Source: Myxococcales bacterium (GTDB taxonomy: Bacteria; Myxococcota_A; UBA9042). From it: a stretch of DNA of 64,000 nt. How positions within the stretch are numbered: the stretch's first letter is position 1; each line of letters begins with the position of its first letter. A program made the translations under genes and the position numbers. This document shows positions 21,903 to 32,001 of the stretch, in pieces. The notes beneath the pieces are model-generated. The model saw only the letters and a list, made by a program, of their open reading frames with translations, searched no databases and was not told the DNA's origin. Location: the NCBI GenBank assembly GCA_037441385.1, contig JBBISH010000001.1:113546-177545 (forward strand), in the 5' to 3' direction.

Positions 21903-22862
21903 ATGCCCAGCGGCACTTCGGCCCAACGTGCGATTTGGGTGTTTGTGCCCTTGGCCTTTGGCGTCGCCAGCGCCCTGTGGGCGATCGTTGCTCCGTCCGC
22001 GACGCGAGCGACAGAGAAGGCGAGCATGCACGCGGCCTCCGCACCCGGTTCTGCTCCAGATCCCACCAGCGGTCACGCGGCCAAGCCAGTCTGCGAAGTC
22101 CAGGTCGAGGCTGGCAGCGACCACTTGGCGCGCGCCTTGCTTGAAGCCGCGCCCGGCAGCCACCTGTGCCTGCAGCCAGGCGTACACAGCGCGGCGCTGA
22201 CCATCAGCAAGTCGTTGACACTGCACGGCAATGCCGAAGGTGTGATTCTGCAAGGCACCAGCCGCGACTCGGTGCTGCGCATCGACGACGACGGCGTGGC
22301 CTTGCGCCTAGAAAATCTGATTCTACAAGGCGGTTCGGCGCAGGCCGGAGGCGGATTGGCGGTGTACGGCCGCGGCAAGGTCCAGGTCGTGGACTGCACC
22401 TTCCGCGACAACGTGGGCGGCATGGTCGGCGGCGGTGCCATCTACGTGCGGGCTGGCATGTTCATCGCCGAGCGGTGCCACTTCGAGCGCAACCGCGGCC
22501 GGCAAGGCGGCGCGCTGATGTTCGACATGGCCATGCACGCCGAGCTGCTGCGCTGCACGTTCACAGGCAATCGCGCCGAAATCGCCGGGGCACTGCGGGT
22601 GAGCGAAGCCGCTGAAGCCGACGTCAAAGCCTGCAAATTCGACGACAACCGCGGCGACGACGGCAGCACCGTGCGCCTGTCGGGCACCCGCAGTCGCGTC
22701 CCCACCGTGCGCCTGGACCACTGCGAGGTCGACGGCGGCAACCTCATCAACGGCCCGGAAATCCAGGGCCATATCACAGCAAAGGGCTGCAAGCTCCCCT
22801 CTACGTGGAAGGGCGTTGCGGCAGACGGCGGCGGCAACACGTGGCGGGCCGCAAACCCCTAG
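21903..22862 (+). CDS. Right-handed parallel beta-helix repeat protein
   Basis: N-terminal hydrophobic segment; repeated CTFxxN...GGA(I/L) motifs. Confidence 0.8.
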   Translation: MPSGTSAQRAIWVFVPLAFGVASALWAIVAPSATRATEKASMHAASAPGSAPDPTSGHAAKPVCEVQVEAGSDHLARALLEAAPGSHLCLQPGVHSAALTISKSLTLHGNAEGVILQGTSRDSVLRIDDDGVALRLENLILQGGSAQAGGGLAVYGRGKVQVVDCTFRDNVGGMVGGGAIYVRAGMFIAERCHFERNRGRQGGALMFDMAMHAELLRCTFTGNRAEIAGALRVSEAAEADVKACKFDDNRGDDGSTVRLSGTRSRVPTVRLDHCEVDGGNLINGPEIQGHITAKGCKLPSTWKGVAADGGGNTWRAANP

Positions 22863-22900
22863 CAATCCGGGCCCCTTGGCGGCCGCAACCTGGAGGCAGC

Positions 22901-23890
22901 ATGCCAGCGCATGATTCCAAGAAAAACAAGAACAACCGGCCGCAGCCGCAGCAACCCAAGCCGCAGCAACCCAAACCGCAGCAGCCGGCGCCGCAACAAC
23001 CCAAACCGCAGGCCCCGGCACAAGCCCCGGTCAAGCCCCGCGATCTGGCCGACCCGGGCGTGACCCGCGACGAGAAGACCAAAGCGCTGGATCCGTACGC
23101 CTACAAGAAGAACGATCGCGGCGCCAAGCTGTACGGCCCCGACGGGGTCAAGGCGGCCGATGTGCGCCAGGGCTACATTGGCGACTGCTACATGGCCGCG
23201 TCGATGTCGGCGGTGGCGGGCGCCAAGCCCGACGCGATCAAGCAGGCGATCAAAGACAACAACGACGGCACTTTTACCGTGCGTTTCTTCGAGCTCGACT
23301 ACTCCGGGCGCAAGACCGCCCACAACGAGACGGTCGACGCCGATCTGCCGCACTACGGCGACATGCCCGCCTACGCCAAGTCGACCGAGAAGGTGGATGG
23401 CAAGGAGTACATGGAGTTGTGGCCCTCGATTCTCGAGAAGGCCTACGCGCAGTGGAAGGGCAGCTACGACGCTATGGGCAACGGCGGCATCGCGGGCGAC
23501 GTGATGACCGCCCTGACCGGTGAGCGCTCGTCGCAGGTCACCACGGCCGGACCGGGCGAAGCTGACGCACTCTGGACCAAGATGAAGGCCGCGTCAGACC
23601 AGAAGAAACCGATGACGGCGGGCACGGGCGGCGAAGAAGACCCCCGCTACAAGGACCCCAAGGCGGGCGTGTACGGCTGGCACGCCTACACGGTGTTGGG
23701 CGTGGAAGAAGCCAAAGAAGGCGACAAGACCAAGCGTTACGTCATCTGCCGCAACCCGTGGGCCAAGCGGCGACGCAACGCCGATGCGGCCGCCGTGGGC
23801 GACACCACCAACGACACCGCCGGCGGCGTGTTCAAGCTGGAGTGGGCTGAGTTCCGCCGGCTGTACGACAACGTCACGGTCAATGGGTAG
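22901..23890 (+). CDS. Calpain-like cysteine protease (peptidase C2)
   Basis: VRQGYIGDCY, WPSILEKAYA, HAYTV, RNPW catalytic motifs; GGAGG RBS; Gln/Pro-rich N-terminus. Confidence 0.9.
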   Translation: MPAHDSKKNKNNRPQPQQPKPQQPKPQQPAPQQPKPQAPAQAPVKPRDLADPGVTRDEKTKALDPYAYKKNDRGAKLYGPDGVKAADVRQGYIGDCYMAASMSAVAGAKPDAIKQAIKDNNDGTFTVRFFELDYSGRKTAHNETVDADLPHYGDMPAYAKSTEKVDGKEYMELWPSILEKAYAQWKGSYDAMGNGGIAGDVMTALTGERSSQVTTAGPGEADALWTKMKAASDQKKPMTAGTGGEEDPRYKDPKAGVYGWHAYTVLGVEEAKEGDKTKRYVICRNPWAKRRRNADAAAVGDTTNDTAGGVFKLEWAEFRRLYDNVTVNG

Positions 23891-24587
23891 TCCCTTGCGC
23901 TACGCTTTTCGCTTTGTCGTGTGGGCCGTCGCGGCGGCCGGGTCCGTCGGTTGTTCCAGCGGCGCGACCTCCAATGGGTCGAATACCGCCGCGGCCGACG
24001 CCAGCACCACCGATTCGGGCAGTGGCGACTCGAGCAGTGGCGACTCGGGCAGTGCCGACCTGAATACCAGCAAGTGCGGCAAGTTCGACGACGGCACCTA
24101 TGGCAAGAAGGTGCCTTGGCAGGGCTACACGGCCGAGGGCACCTTGTTGTCGTGCAACGTCTGCCGCGGCGGCTACCAGAACCTGAACGGTTCCTGGCGG
24201 TTCATCGACTTCAAGACCGAAGATCCGGCCACGCCCGTAGACCCCGAACTGCTGACCTTTGACGGCAACACCTACAGCGACCACATCCGTGGCAACGACG
24301 GCGGCAAGCAGGTCGAACAGACCAGCAACGGCTGGTACTTCTGCGGCGACAAGGCCGAGATCCCCTCGTTGGACAGCATCTTTGTCATCGAGAAGGCCAC
24401 GCCCGACGGCGCCTTTGGCAACCACGCCGGTGGCTTCTGGCGGGCCAGCGTCAAGACCAACGGCAACGACCTGATTGCACTGGGCTTGTCCAAGGGTCTG
24501 ACCGGCGATGCGGTCGGCGAATTCTTGTACTGCCGGGTGGGCAGCACGATCGCCGGTCATCCCTGCACCGATCCGTTTGCCAAGTAG
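23883..24587 (+). CDS. Hypothetical lipoprotein
   Basis: Lipobox SVGC, Ser/Gly/Asp linker; start overlaps the calpain stop; start is inferred. Confidence 0.75.
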   Translation: MGSPLRYAFRFVVWAVAAAGSVGCSSGATSNGSNTAAADASTTDSGSGDSSSGDSGSADLNTSKCGKFDDGTYGKKVPWQGYTAEGTLLSCNVCRGGYQNLNGSWRFIDFKTEDPATPVDPELLTFDGNTYSDHIRGNDGGKQVEQTSNGWYFCGDKAEIPSLDSIFVIEKATPDGAFGNHAGGFWRASVKTNGNDLIALGLSKGLTGDAVGEFLYCRVGSTIAGHPCTDPFAK

Positions 24588-24632
24588 ATCCCATCCCTTC
24601 CACTCAGCCGGCGCCTGCGCGCTTGGTCGTCT

Positions 24633-25817
24633 ATGCCACGCTTGAACTTGTTCTTTGTGCTTTTTGGTGCGGTGGTGTTGGTGCTGGTCGTGGGCACGCA
24701 CGCCCTGCTGTACCAGCGCCTGGCGGTGTCCACGCAACTACCTAAAATCTGGCAGCAACTGCTCGCGGTAGTTCTGGTGGCGTTGGCCATCAGCCTGCCG
24801 GTGGGCCTGGCGGTGGTGCGGCTGCTGGGTCAGAGCTGGCTGCGCGGCTGGGCGGTGGCCAGTTTTGTGTGGATGGGCCTGCTGTTCCTGCTGCTGGTGG
24901 CGGTGGGCGTGGCCGGGCTACTGGGCTGGGGACACGACAAGCTCGCCGATCTACGCGGTATGGCGGTGGATCCCGAGCGGCGCTTGTTCCTGTCGCGGCT
25001 GCTGGCCGGGTCGGCAACGGGCGGAGCGCTGCTCGCGGGCACGGTGGCGGTGCAGCAAGCGTGGCGGCGTCCCGAGCTGCGGCGGGTGGAGGTGCCCCTG
25101 CCCAAGCTGCACAAGTCCATGGATGGACTCAAGATCGTCCAGATCAGCGACGTCCACGTGGGCCCGACGATCCGCCGCGAGTGGGTCGAGGCGCTGGTGG
25201 CCGAGGTCAACGCGAGCCAGCCCGATGTGATTGCTTTGACCGGGGATTTTGTGGACGGCTCTGTGGACGAGCTGGCCGACCACGTAGCGCCCTTCGCTAA
25301 CTTGAAAGCACGGCTGGGGGTGTTCTTTGTCACCGGCAACCACGAGTACTTTTCGGGCGTAGAGAGTTGGCTGGCCCACTGGCGCTCGCTAGGTGTGCGG
25401 GTTTTGCGCAACGAATGCGTCACCTTGCGCGATGGCGGCGGCGAGCTGGACGTGCTGGGTGTGGACGACTGGAGCGCGGCGCGAATGGGCCGACCCGGCC
25501 ACGGTCACGATCTGCAGAAAGCGCTGCAAGGCCGCGATGCGACTCGCCCTTCGCTACTTCTGGCCCATCAGCCCAAGGCGGTCGACCAGGCAGCGGCGGT
25601 GGGCGTCGATTTGCAGCTGTCGGGGCACACGCACGGCGGACAAATCTGGCCGTTCAACTGGTTGGTGCTATTGCAGCAGCCCTACGTCGCGGGCCTGCAC
25701 AAGCACGGCGGCACGTGGATCTACATCAGCCGCGGCGCCGGCTTTTGGGGCCCGCCGATGCGGTTGGCGGCGCCTTCTGAAGTCACCCAGGTCGTCCTGC
25801 GGGCTGCCGAGAGCTAG
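24633..25817 (+). CDS. Membrane-bound metallophosphoesterase (YkuE/YaeI-like)
   Basis: SDVH, GDFVD, GNHE, HQP, GHTHGGQ; N-terminal TM helices. Confidence 0.92.
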   Translation: MPRLNLFFVLFGAVVLVLVVGTHALLYQRLAVSTQLPKIWQQLLAVVLVALAISLPVGLAVVRLLGQSWLRGWAVASFVWMGLLFLLLVAVGVAGLLGWGHDKLADLRGMAVDPERRLFLSRLLAGSATGGALLAGTVAVQQAWRRPELRRVEVPLPKLHKSMDGLKIVQISDVHVGPTIRREWVEALVAEVNASQPDVIALTGDFVDGSVDELADHVAPFANLKARLGVFFVTGNHEYFSGVESWLAHWRSLGVRVLRNECVTLRDGGGELDVLGVDDWSAARMGRPGHGHDLQKALQGRDATRPSLLLAHQPKAVDQAAAVGVDLQLSGHTHGGQIWPFNWLVLLQQPYVAGLHKHGGTWIYISRGAGFWGPPMRLAAPSEVTQVVLRAAES

Positions 25818-27200
25818 ATGAATATCAAGTTGACGCTTGTTTATCTGACCCTGGTGAGCGGCTGTGCCGTGCATCTGCGGGCGCCGGAACCGGATTTGCG
25901 CGATCAGGCGCCGCTGCGGCCGTCGGCGCAACCGTCGAATATCGCCGCGGTGGCGCGCATCCCCTACGCCACCGTGGCGGCGCTGGTCGAAGCCCAACTG
26001 CCTGCCAAGCTGGCGGGCACCGAAAAGCTGGGCATGGTCGACGCGACCTGGCAGGTGTGGCGCGACGGCGCGGTGGGAGCGCACGCCGATCAGCGCGGAA
26101 GGCTCTGTTTTGACGTGCCCTTTGGCGGCAAGGGCGAGATGGCGGCCTTTGGCCAACGGCTGGACCGCGAACTGCGCGCGCAAATCCAGGTGTGTGCGCA
26201 GCCCGTGCTCGACGGCCAGGCCGTGCTGCGGCTCAAAGAAGTCGATGCCCGGGTGCTCATCGACCGCAATTCGCTGGGCGGCCCGCTGCAACTGCTGCTC
26301 GACGCGGTGGCCGGCCGACTGCAGCAGGTGGCGTCCGAGGACTTGACTAGGCGGATTCAGGACTTGAGTGTGCCGACGCCCGACGCACTGGCACCGGTGC
26401 AGGCGACCATCCGCAAGCCAATCGACCTCGGCCAGACCAGTTGCCTCAAGCTGCGGCCACAGCAAGCTTGGCTCGCGCAACCCGGTATCGATCCCACGGC
26501 CCTGCGCATTGGCGCGGCGGTGCAGGCTCTGCCCACCGTCGAGCGCCCGTGTACGGCGCAAGATTCGTCCGGTGCGGGTCGGCTAGCCGTGGGAGTGGTG
26601 CCGCACCTGGAGCAGCCCAAAACCGCGCTGTGGCTGCCGATGGCGACGGGCATCGAAGTCATTGAAGAGCAAGTGCAAAATGCCGTCACCGCCATGGGCC
26701 GCATCGACACGCCGCAGGGTTGGCTGCAAGTGGGCAAGGTCAAGCTGAGCACGAGTCGCGGCAACCTGCTGGTGCGCGCGGCGATCGACGGCCAGGTGCG
26801 CGACTCGGTCTTGTTCATCCCGATCCAGCGGCGAGTCAAGGGCGAGGTGCTGCTGTGGGGCGTGCCGAAGGTCGATGCCTCTGGGGTGCACATGGACGAC
26901 CTGCAGTTGGACCTGCAGAGCGACGATGCGCTGGTCGACTGGGTGGCGAGCCTCAAGCGCTCGGATCTGGTCAAGATCGTGGCCAGCAAGCTGGCGATCA
27001 AGAAAGAAAAGATCGATGCCGACGCGCAGCGGGCCCTGGCTTCGCTGGGGCAGGGGGTGGTGGTGAGCGGCGTGCGCCTACCCGTGCGCGTCGATACGGA
27101 GCTGCTGGAGCTGCAGCAGGTCAGCGCGGTGGGCCAACGGCTCGAGGTGCTGGTGCACTTTGTCGGTCAGGTCGTGGTCGGCGACACCAACGCGCGCTGA
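25818..27200 (+). CDS. DUF4403-like lipoprotein
   Basis: Lipobox VSGC; PSNIAAVARIPY start and two-repeat layout resemble DUF4403. Confidence 0.6.
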   Translation: MNIKLTLVYLTLVSGCAVHLRAPEPDLRDQAPLRPSAQPSNIAAVARIPYATVAALVEAQLPAKLAGTEKLGMVDATWQVWRDGAVGAHADQRGRLCFDVPFGGKGEMAAFGQRLDRELRAQIQVCAQPVLDGQAVLRLKEVDARVLIDRNSLGGPLQLLLDAVAGRLQQVASEDLTRRIQDLSVPTPDALAPVQATIRKPIDLGQTSCLKLRPQQAWLAQPGIDPTALRIGAAVQALPTVERPCTAQDSSGAGRLAVGVVPHLEQPKTALWLPMATGIEVIEEQVQNAVTAMGRIDTPQGWLQVGKVKLSTSRGNLLVRAAIDGQVRDSVLFIPIQRRVKGEVLLWGVPKVDASGVHMDDLQLDLQSDDALVDWVASLKRSDLVKIVASKLAIKKEKIDADAQRALASLGQGVVVSGVRLPVRVDTELLELQQVSAVGQRLEVLVHFVGQVVVGDTNAR

Positions 27201-27254
27201 CCAGGGTACGCTGACGCGAGCGCCAGCGAGAAAGCGGACTTATTCAGTCCGCTA

Positions 27255-27282
27255 TTGACAGAGCGGCGGCCGCGCCTAGCAT
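27255..27282 (+). promoter_or_regulatory. Possible sigma70 promoter of nfuA (TTGACA-16-TAGCAT)
   Basis: Perfect -35, plausible -10, about 35 nt upstream of the ATG. Confidence 0.45.
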
Positions 27283-27317
27283 GGGCAACGGGCGGTCGAC
27301 CGCCAATGGGGTTTTGG

Positions 27318-27881
27318 ATGCAGATCACCAGCGCCGCCGTGCGCAAAGTGCGCGAAATGGGCGACAAGCAGCAGCCGGCCGGCTACGGACTGCGCGTCAT
27401 CGTCGACGTGGGCGGGCCCGATGGCTTCTTCTACGATCTCGACTTCGAGACCGACAAGCGCGACGACGACGAAACGCTGGTGGCCGACGGCCTGACGGTC
27501 TACATCGACCAGAAGTCCATGGAGCGCTTCCGCGACGGCACCATCGACTACGTCGAGACGGCCGATTTCTCGGGTTTCCACTTCGACAACCCCAACGCCA
27601 CCGGCCCGGGCGCCGATGCGCCGCTTCACGATCGCGTACAGTGGGTCATCGACACCGAGATCAACCCTGGCTTGGCCGGCCACGGCGGCGTGTGCGAGCT
27701 GGTCGAGACCATCGACACCAACGTGCACTTGCGCTTTGGCGGCGGTTGCCACGGCTGCTCGGCCAGCTCGGCGACGCTGAAGTTCGGCATCGAGGCCAAG
27801 CTGCGCGAAAAGTTCCCCGATATCGGCGAGATCGTCGACGTCACCGATCACAGCACCGGTGCCAACCCCTTCTATTCGTAG
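27318..27881 (+). CDS. nfuA: Fe-S biogenesis protein NfuA
   Basis: Cys-less HesB/IscA-like domain plus NifU C-terminal domain INPGLAGHGG...GGGCHGC...VDVTDH...NPFY. Confidence 0.88.
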   Translation: MQITSAAVRKVREMGDKQQPAGYGLRVIVDVGGPDGFFYDLDFETDKRDDDETLVADGLTVYIDQKSMERFRDGTIDYVETADFSGFHFDNPNATGPGADAPLHDRVQWVIDTEINPGLAGHGGVCELVETIDTNVHLRFGGGCHGCSASSATLKFGIEAKLREKFPDIGEIVDVTDHSTGANPFYS

Positions 27882-28885
27882 CTGCTCAGCTCGTCCAACC
27901 GAGCCAATTCCTCCAACCACGGCGCGGTCATGCGCCCGAGCAGCGTGGTGTGGCGGTGGGCGGTGAGCCAGGCGCGATCGGGCCGTTTGCCGACGCGTCG
28001 CGCCAGCACCGAATCGTACAGGTGGGCGACGACCGCGCGCGGATGCGGCGTGTTCCCTAGCTTCTGCTGGGGATCGTCGTGGATGTAGTCCGCGCAGACC
28101 TCGGGTGCCAGCGGGTAGCAGACCTCGGGTGGCAAGACCTGCCAGTCCGCCTGAGTGACATTGCCCGTGGCCGCCTCCAAGAGCCGCGGCCCCAATTCGT
28201 ACAAACGCTGCGCCTGGCGGTCGTCCATGGCCGCGATCCGCCGCAACAACTCGGCCACGAACGGATGCCGCGGTCGCGCCCCCAGCACGGCATTGTTGCA
28301 GGCCAGAGCAAAGTGCTGCTCCAGCTTGGCAAATCGCTCGCCGGCACCGGCAGTCTGAGCCACGGCGTGGCGGGCCGCCAGCAGCGCCCCTGCCTTGGCC
28401 CAGCGCAGCGGATTCTTGCTCTGGTACAGGTCGGCCGGCAACGCGACGCGCTCTAGACCGCAGAACCCGGGATGGATCCTCAGGCTATCCAAGTTGGCCA
28501 GGGTCAGCGCGTCCGCGTCCAGGTACAGGCCGCCTTGTGCCCACAGCACCCGCAGCCGCGCCAGATCCGCCCGCGCCGCCGGTAGTTGCAGGGCCTGGTC
28601 CAGCCGCAGCAGGCGCGCCCGCGTTCCGGGCAGCGTGGCCGCGTCCAACTGATCGTCGCCGGGGTCGCTCAAGTCGCCCAGACAGACCTTGCCGGTCGCC
28701 AGCAGCGCCTGAACCTTGCCGTCTTGCCGCAGTTGTCCCGGCAGGCTCCACAGCACTACCTGTGGCAGTTGGCCCACGTCCAGGGCCATCTTCACCGTCA
28801 ACCAGGCCAGGTCGGGCAGCGTGCCGCCCAGCCAGATCACGTGTCCCAGGGGCGGAATCGGCAAGTCCGGCATGGGCCCAACCAT
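27872..28885 (-). CDS. Glycosyltransferase, GT32/DXD sugar-binding family
   Basis: HVIWLG, ADLARLRVLWAQGGLYLDAD, NNAVLGARPRHPF. Confidence 0.85.
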   Translation of the reverse strand: MVGPMPDLPIPPLGHVIWLGGTLPDLAWLTVKMALDVGQLPQVVLWSLPGQLRQDGKVQALLATGKVCLGDLSDPGDDQLDAATLPGTRARLLRLDQALQLPAARADLARLRVLWAQGGLYLDADALTLANLDSLRIHPGFCGLERVALPADLYQSKNPLRWAKAGALLAARHAVAQTAGAGERFAKLEQHFALACNNAVLGARPRHPFVAELLRRIAAMDDRQAQRLYELGPRLLEAATGNVTQADWQVLPPEVCYPLAPEVCADYIHDDPQQKLGNTPHPRAVVAHLYDSVLARRVGKRPDRAWLTAHRHTTLLGRMTAPWLEELARLDELSSYE

Positions 28886-28894
28886 GTGGAGTGA

Positions 28895-30295
28895 CTAGCT
28901 ATTCGGCTTGGTGGCGTCCGGCGTGCTGCCCTCGGGCATGGCGTCGATGCGCATGTGGCGCGGCACTTGATAGCTGTCCGCCCCGCGGAAAGCGCCTACG
29001 GTGCACAGGGTGGTGTGCTGCCACAGCCACGGCCACACGTGGTTGCTGTACAGACGCCAGGTGTCGGCCGCACCCTGCTTGGCGCGCGGGGCCGGCGGGT
29101 GGGCGGCCAAATGGGCAATTGCGCTCTGGTACGCAGCCTCGTACTTGGCGTAGACCACGTCCGGCGCCACGCGGGTGCGCGCCCGCTCGGCCGCATGCTG
29201 ACTCATGGTGGCGCGCATCTCGGGATTACTCAACAAATCGAGCATCTTGCGGCCCAGCATTGCGACTTCGTCCGCGCCCGGCTCGACCAAGAAACTGTCG
29301 TAGCCGCTCTGGCATTGGTACGAAACGCCCATCTTGTCGTCGATGGCGACCACCGGCGCGCCGCACCACAGCGCCTCGCTGATGACTTGGCCGTAGGTCT
29401 CGCTCAAGCTGGCATAGGCAAACAGATCCGCGTGGCCGTAGTAGTCGCGCAGATCCTTGTGCGGACGCTCGCCGACAAAGTCGCAGCGCTGCGCCACACC
29501 CAGCGATTCCGCCAGTTGCATCAGCGCCTTGTGCTCCAGACCATCGCCTACCAAGGTCAGCGACGCTTCGGGCTCGGCCGGCAAGACGTATTGGGCAAAG
29601 GCCTTGATCACCTTGTCGATGTCTTTCTCGCGGGCGTGCCGGCCCACGGTGATGAGCCGCTTGCCGCGCGGGAAATTGGGCTTGTACGGGTCTGCGCCCA
29701 GCTTGCGATCGAACATCACCACGTCGATCGGCCGCGGGATGACGTGCAGCGGCACCGTGAGCGTGCCCTTGTTTTGCCAGTAGTTGGCCAGCGCCAGGCA
29801 CTGGACGATCAGGCCGTCGCCCGCGTTGTAGCAGTTGGCGAACTTGCGCTCGATGCCGTCGGACAGGCCGGACCACACGGTGCGCACCGTCTCGATCGCG
29901 TACAGCTTGTTGGGCAGCAAATGCTGTGCAAACGCTGGCAGATAGATGGTGTTGGTGCCCACGCACGGCACCCCGTGCAACTGGCGCATCATGGGCGCCC
30001 AGTGCATCAGCAAGCTGTTGCTGTGCGAGTGGATGACGTCGAATTTCGGCGAGTTGTCAAACGCCGACAGCGGCCAGGGAAACGGGATCTGCACCCCCGG
30101 ATGGGCGCGGAAACGCACCGAACCCAGCAGCACCGAGCCCGGCTGCGCCGCGGGATCGTCTGGACCGGGCTGCGGCCCCACGATGGTCACTTTGTGGCCG
30201 CGGCCTTCCAGGTAGCGTTTGAGCGCCTGCGTCGCCAGCGCGGGACCGTTGGCAAAGGTGGCGACGGGGTAGTCAGTCAAGATGCCGATGTGCAT
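28895..30295 (-). CDS. Glycosyltransferase family 4
   Basis: MHIGILTD, VGRHAREK, SETYGQVISEA. Confidence 0.9.
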   Translation of the reverse strand: MHIGILTDYPVATFANGPALATQALKRYLEGRGHKVTIVGPQPGPDDPAAQPGSVLLGSVRFRAHPGVQIPFPWPLSAFDNSPKFDVIHSHSNSLLMHWAPMMRQLHGVPCVGTNTIYLPAFAQHLLPNKLYAIETVRTVWSGLSDGIERKFANCYNAGDGLIVQCLALANYWQNKGTLTVPLHVIPRPIDVVMFDRKLGADPYKPNFPRGKRLITVGRHAREKDIDKVIKAFAQYVLPAEPEASLTLVGDGLEHKALMQLAESLGVAQRCDFVGERPHKDLRDYYGHADLFAYASLSETYGQVISEALWCGAPVVAIDDKMGVSYQCQSGYDSFLVEPGADEVAMLGRKMLDLLSNPEMRATMSQHAAERARTRVAPDVVYAKYEAAYQSAIAHLAAHPPAPRAKQGAADTWRLYSNHVWPWLWQHTTLCTVGAFRGADSYQVPRHMRIDAMPEGSTPDATKPNS

Positions 30296-31140
30296 GGCCA
30301 AATCTCGCGCAGAGTCACAGGGGGGTGGTGCACCAGCCAGCGGTCGAGCACGCCATCCAAGGCGGCGACCAGCGGTGCATGAGCGTAATCGCCCGGATGG
30401 ACAGCCAAACGCACGGTGCGCAGGGCCGGCAGCAGCGCCGAACCCACGCCCGCGGTGGCGACCGAGCCCAGCCGGCGCAACGGGTCGCGCGACGCCATGC
30501 TGAGCGCCGGCGCCAGGATCTGCTGCCCGCTTTGTACGTCGCAAACCAGCAGGTGATCTTCGCACCACTGCAGGCCGGCGGCGCGCACCGCGCGGACCAC
30601 GGCGTCGTTCTGCAGCCACGCCGGGGCGACAAAGCCTTGCGGCCGCAGATCAAGCGTGTCCTCGATGATCTGCAGCCCGTGCTGGATGCGTTGCAGGGCC
30701 GCGGCGTAGTCCAGGGCCTGGAACTCGCCCTCGCCAGCCGTCAGCGTTGCCGCCGCGAGTTTGGCCGCAGCGCCGGAAGGCCCCCGATCCGCCAAATGGT
30801 AGAACCCGTGCAGCGCGACTTCGTCCCGCGGGCCCAAGGCGCGCTTGAGGCGCCTGCAGAAATCGCGGTGATGGCGCAAATCCGCGCGCATGTGATAGTC
30901 GGGCACCACCAACAACGTCAGCGCTTCCACGCCCTTGGAGCGCAGGTGCTCGATCGAGCGGAACACCACGTCGTCATGAGCCGGCGACACGTCGTGCAGG
31001 CTGACCAGTGTTTGCCGCTCGGGCCAACGGGGACCGCGCGCCACCTGCTGGGCGGCTCTGCCAAACCCGTCAAGCCAACGGGCGGGGGCAGGCATGTCGG
31101 TCGAAGTGGACGGCATGGAGGTTCGGTCCGCGTGCGCCAC
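30277..31140 (-). CDS. Polysaccharide deacetylase family protein (DUF2334)
   Basis: VSLHDVSP, LHGFYH, GEGEF, GFVAPAW, RLAVHP; start uncertain. Confidence 0.85.
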   Translation of the reverse strand: MAHADRTSMPSTSTDMPAPARWLDGFGRAAQQVARGPRWPERQTLVSLHDVSPAHDDVVFRSIEHLRSKGVEALTLLVVPDYHMRADLRHHRDFCRRLKRALGPRDEVALHGFYHLADRGPSGAAAKLAAATLTAGEGEFQALDYAAALQRIQHGLQIIEDTLDLRPQGFVAPAWLQNDAVVRAVRAAGLQWCEDHLLVCDVQSGQQILAPALSMASRDPLRRLGSVATAGVGSALLPALRTVRLAVHPGDYAHAPLVAALDGVLDRWLVHHPPVTLREIWPCTSAS

Positions 31141-31207
31141 GGCACGGCAAGGCGCGGGAGTTTAGCCGTTCTGAGCAGCGCATGCCAGGACTTGCAGGGC
31201 GCTGACG

Positions 31208-31807
31208 TCACCGATCCGCAGGGCGGCCCTGGCGTGCGCCGAGCAACACCGCCAGCACCAGGCCAAAGGCAATCCAATGTTGCGGATCCGCAGTGTCACG
31301 GGCGGCGTAGTGCCCAATGACCAAGACCGCAGCCAAATAGACCAGCCGGTGCAACTTCTTCCAGCGCGCCGCCCCCAGGCGCTTGACCACTGCAGCAGGC
31401 GAGGTGACCGTCAGCATCAGCATCAGCACCGTCGCCAACGAGCCCAGCAACAGCCACGGGGTCTGTGCGATTTTGGCTAGTCCGGCGGCCACATTCGGCC
31501 CGTGCTCGCCGATCTGCCAGGTACCCACGTGCAGCAGAACAAGACCGGCCGAGGTCAGCCCCAAGCGGCGCCGCCACCGTGCTGGCCACGTGGCGCCCAG
31601 CCAAATCCGCGCGGGGGTGCAGGCCAGCGCGGCAAGCAGCCAGACGAGCGCCCAAAACCCCAAGTAGTTGGCCGCCCATACCGCCGGGCTGGCCAACGGG
31701 CGCTCGCCAACTTGTTGCGGACCTTGGGCCACCGCGTAGCCGACGTGGGCGATCGTCGCGGCTAGACCCAGCCCGTAGATCCCCGTCTCGCGTGTCTGGT
31801 CCTGCAC
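31208..31807 (-). CDS. msrQ: MsrQ/YedZ-like heme-binding membrane subunit (ferric reductase-like TM domain)
   Basis: LACTP, RRRLGL, WKKLHRLVY, conserved His residues. Confidence 0.8.
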   Translation of the reverse strand: MQDQTRETGIYGLGLAATIAHVGYAVAQGPQQVGERPLASPAVWAANYLGFWALVWLLAALACTPARIWLGATWPARWRRRLGLTSAGLVLLHVGTWQIGEHGPNVAAGLAKIAQTPWLLLGSLATVLMLMLTVTSPAAVVKRLGAARWKKLHRLVYLAAVLVIGHYAARDTADPQHWIAFGLVLAVLLGARQGRPADR

Positions 31808-32001
31808 GATACCGCCCCTGGCGAACCCGCCGCCGGCCGGCAGGATAGCGATGCCGCAGGCAGGCCGCCACCCGCTCGCCAGGCCGATCGCGGCCTTCCT
31901 GGGATGGAGCAGGCCTCAGCGCTGCAAACAGCGATTGCAGCCTGGGGTCAAACACAGCAGAATCGCAGTCCGGCCCAGCCGCGGGCCCCACAGAAGCCGT
32001 C

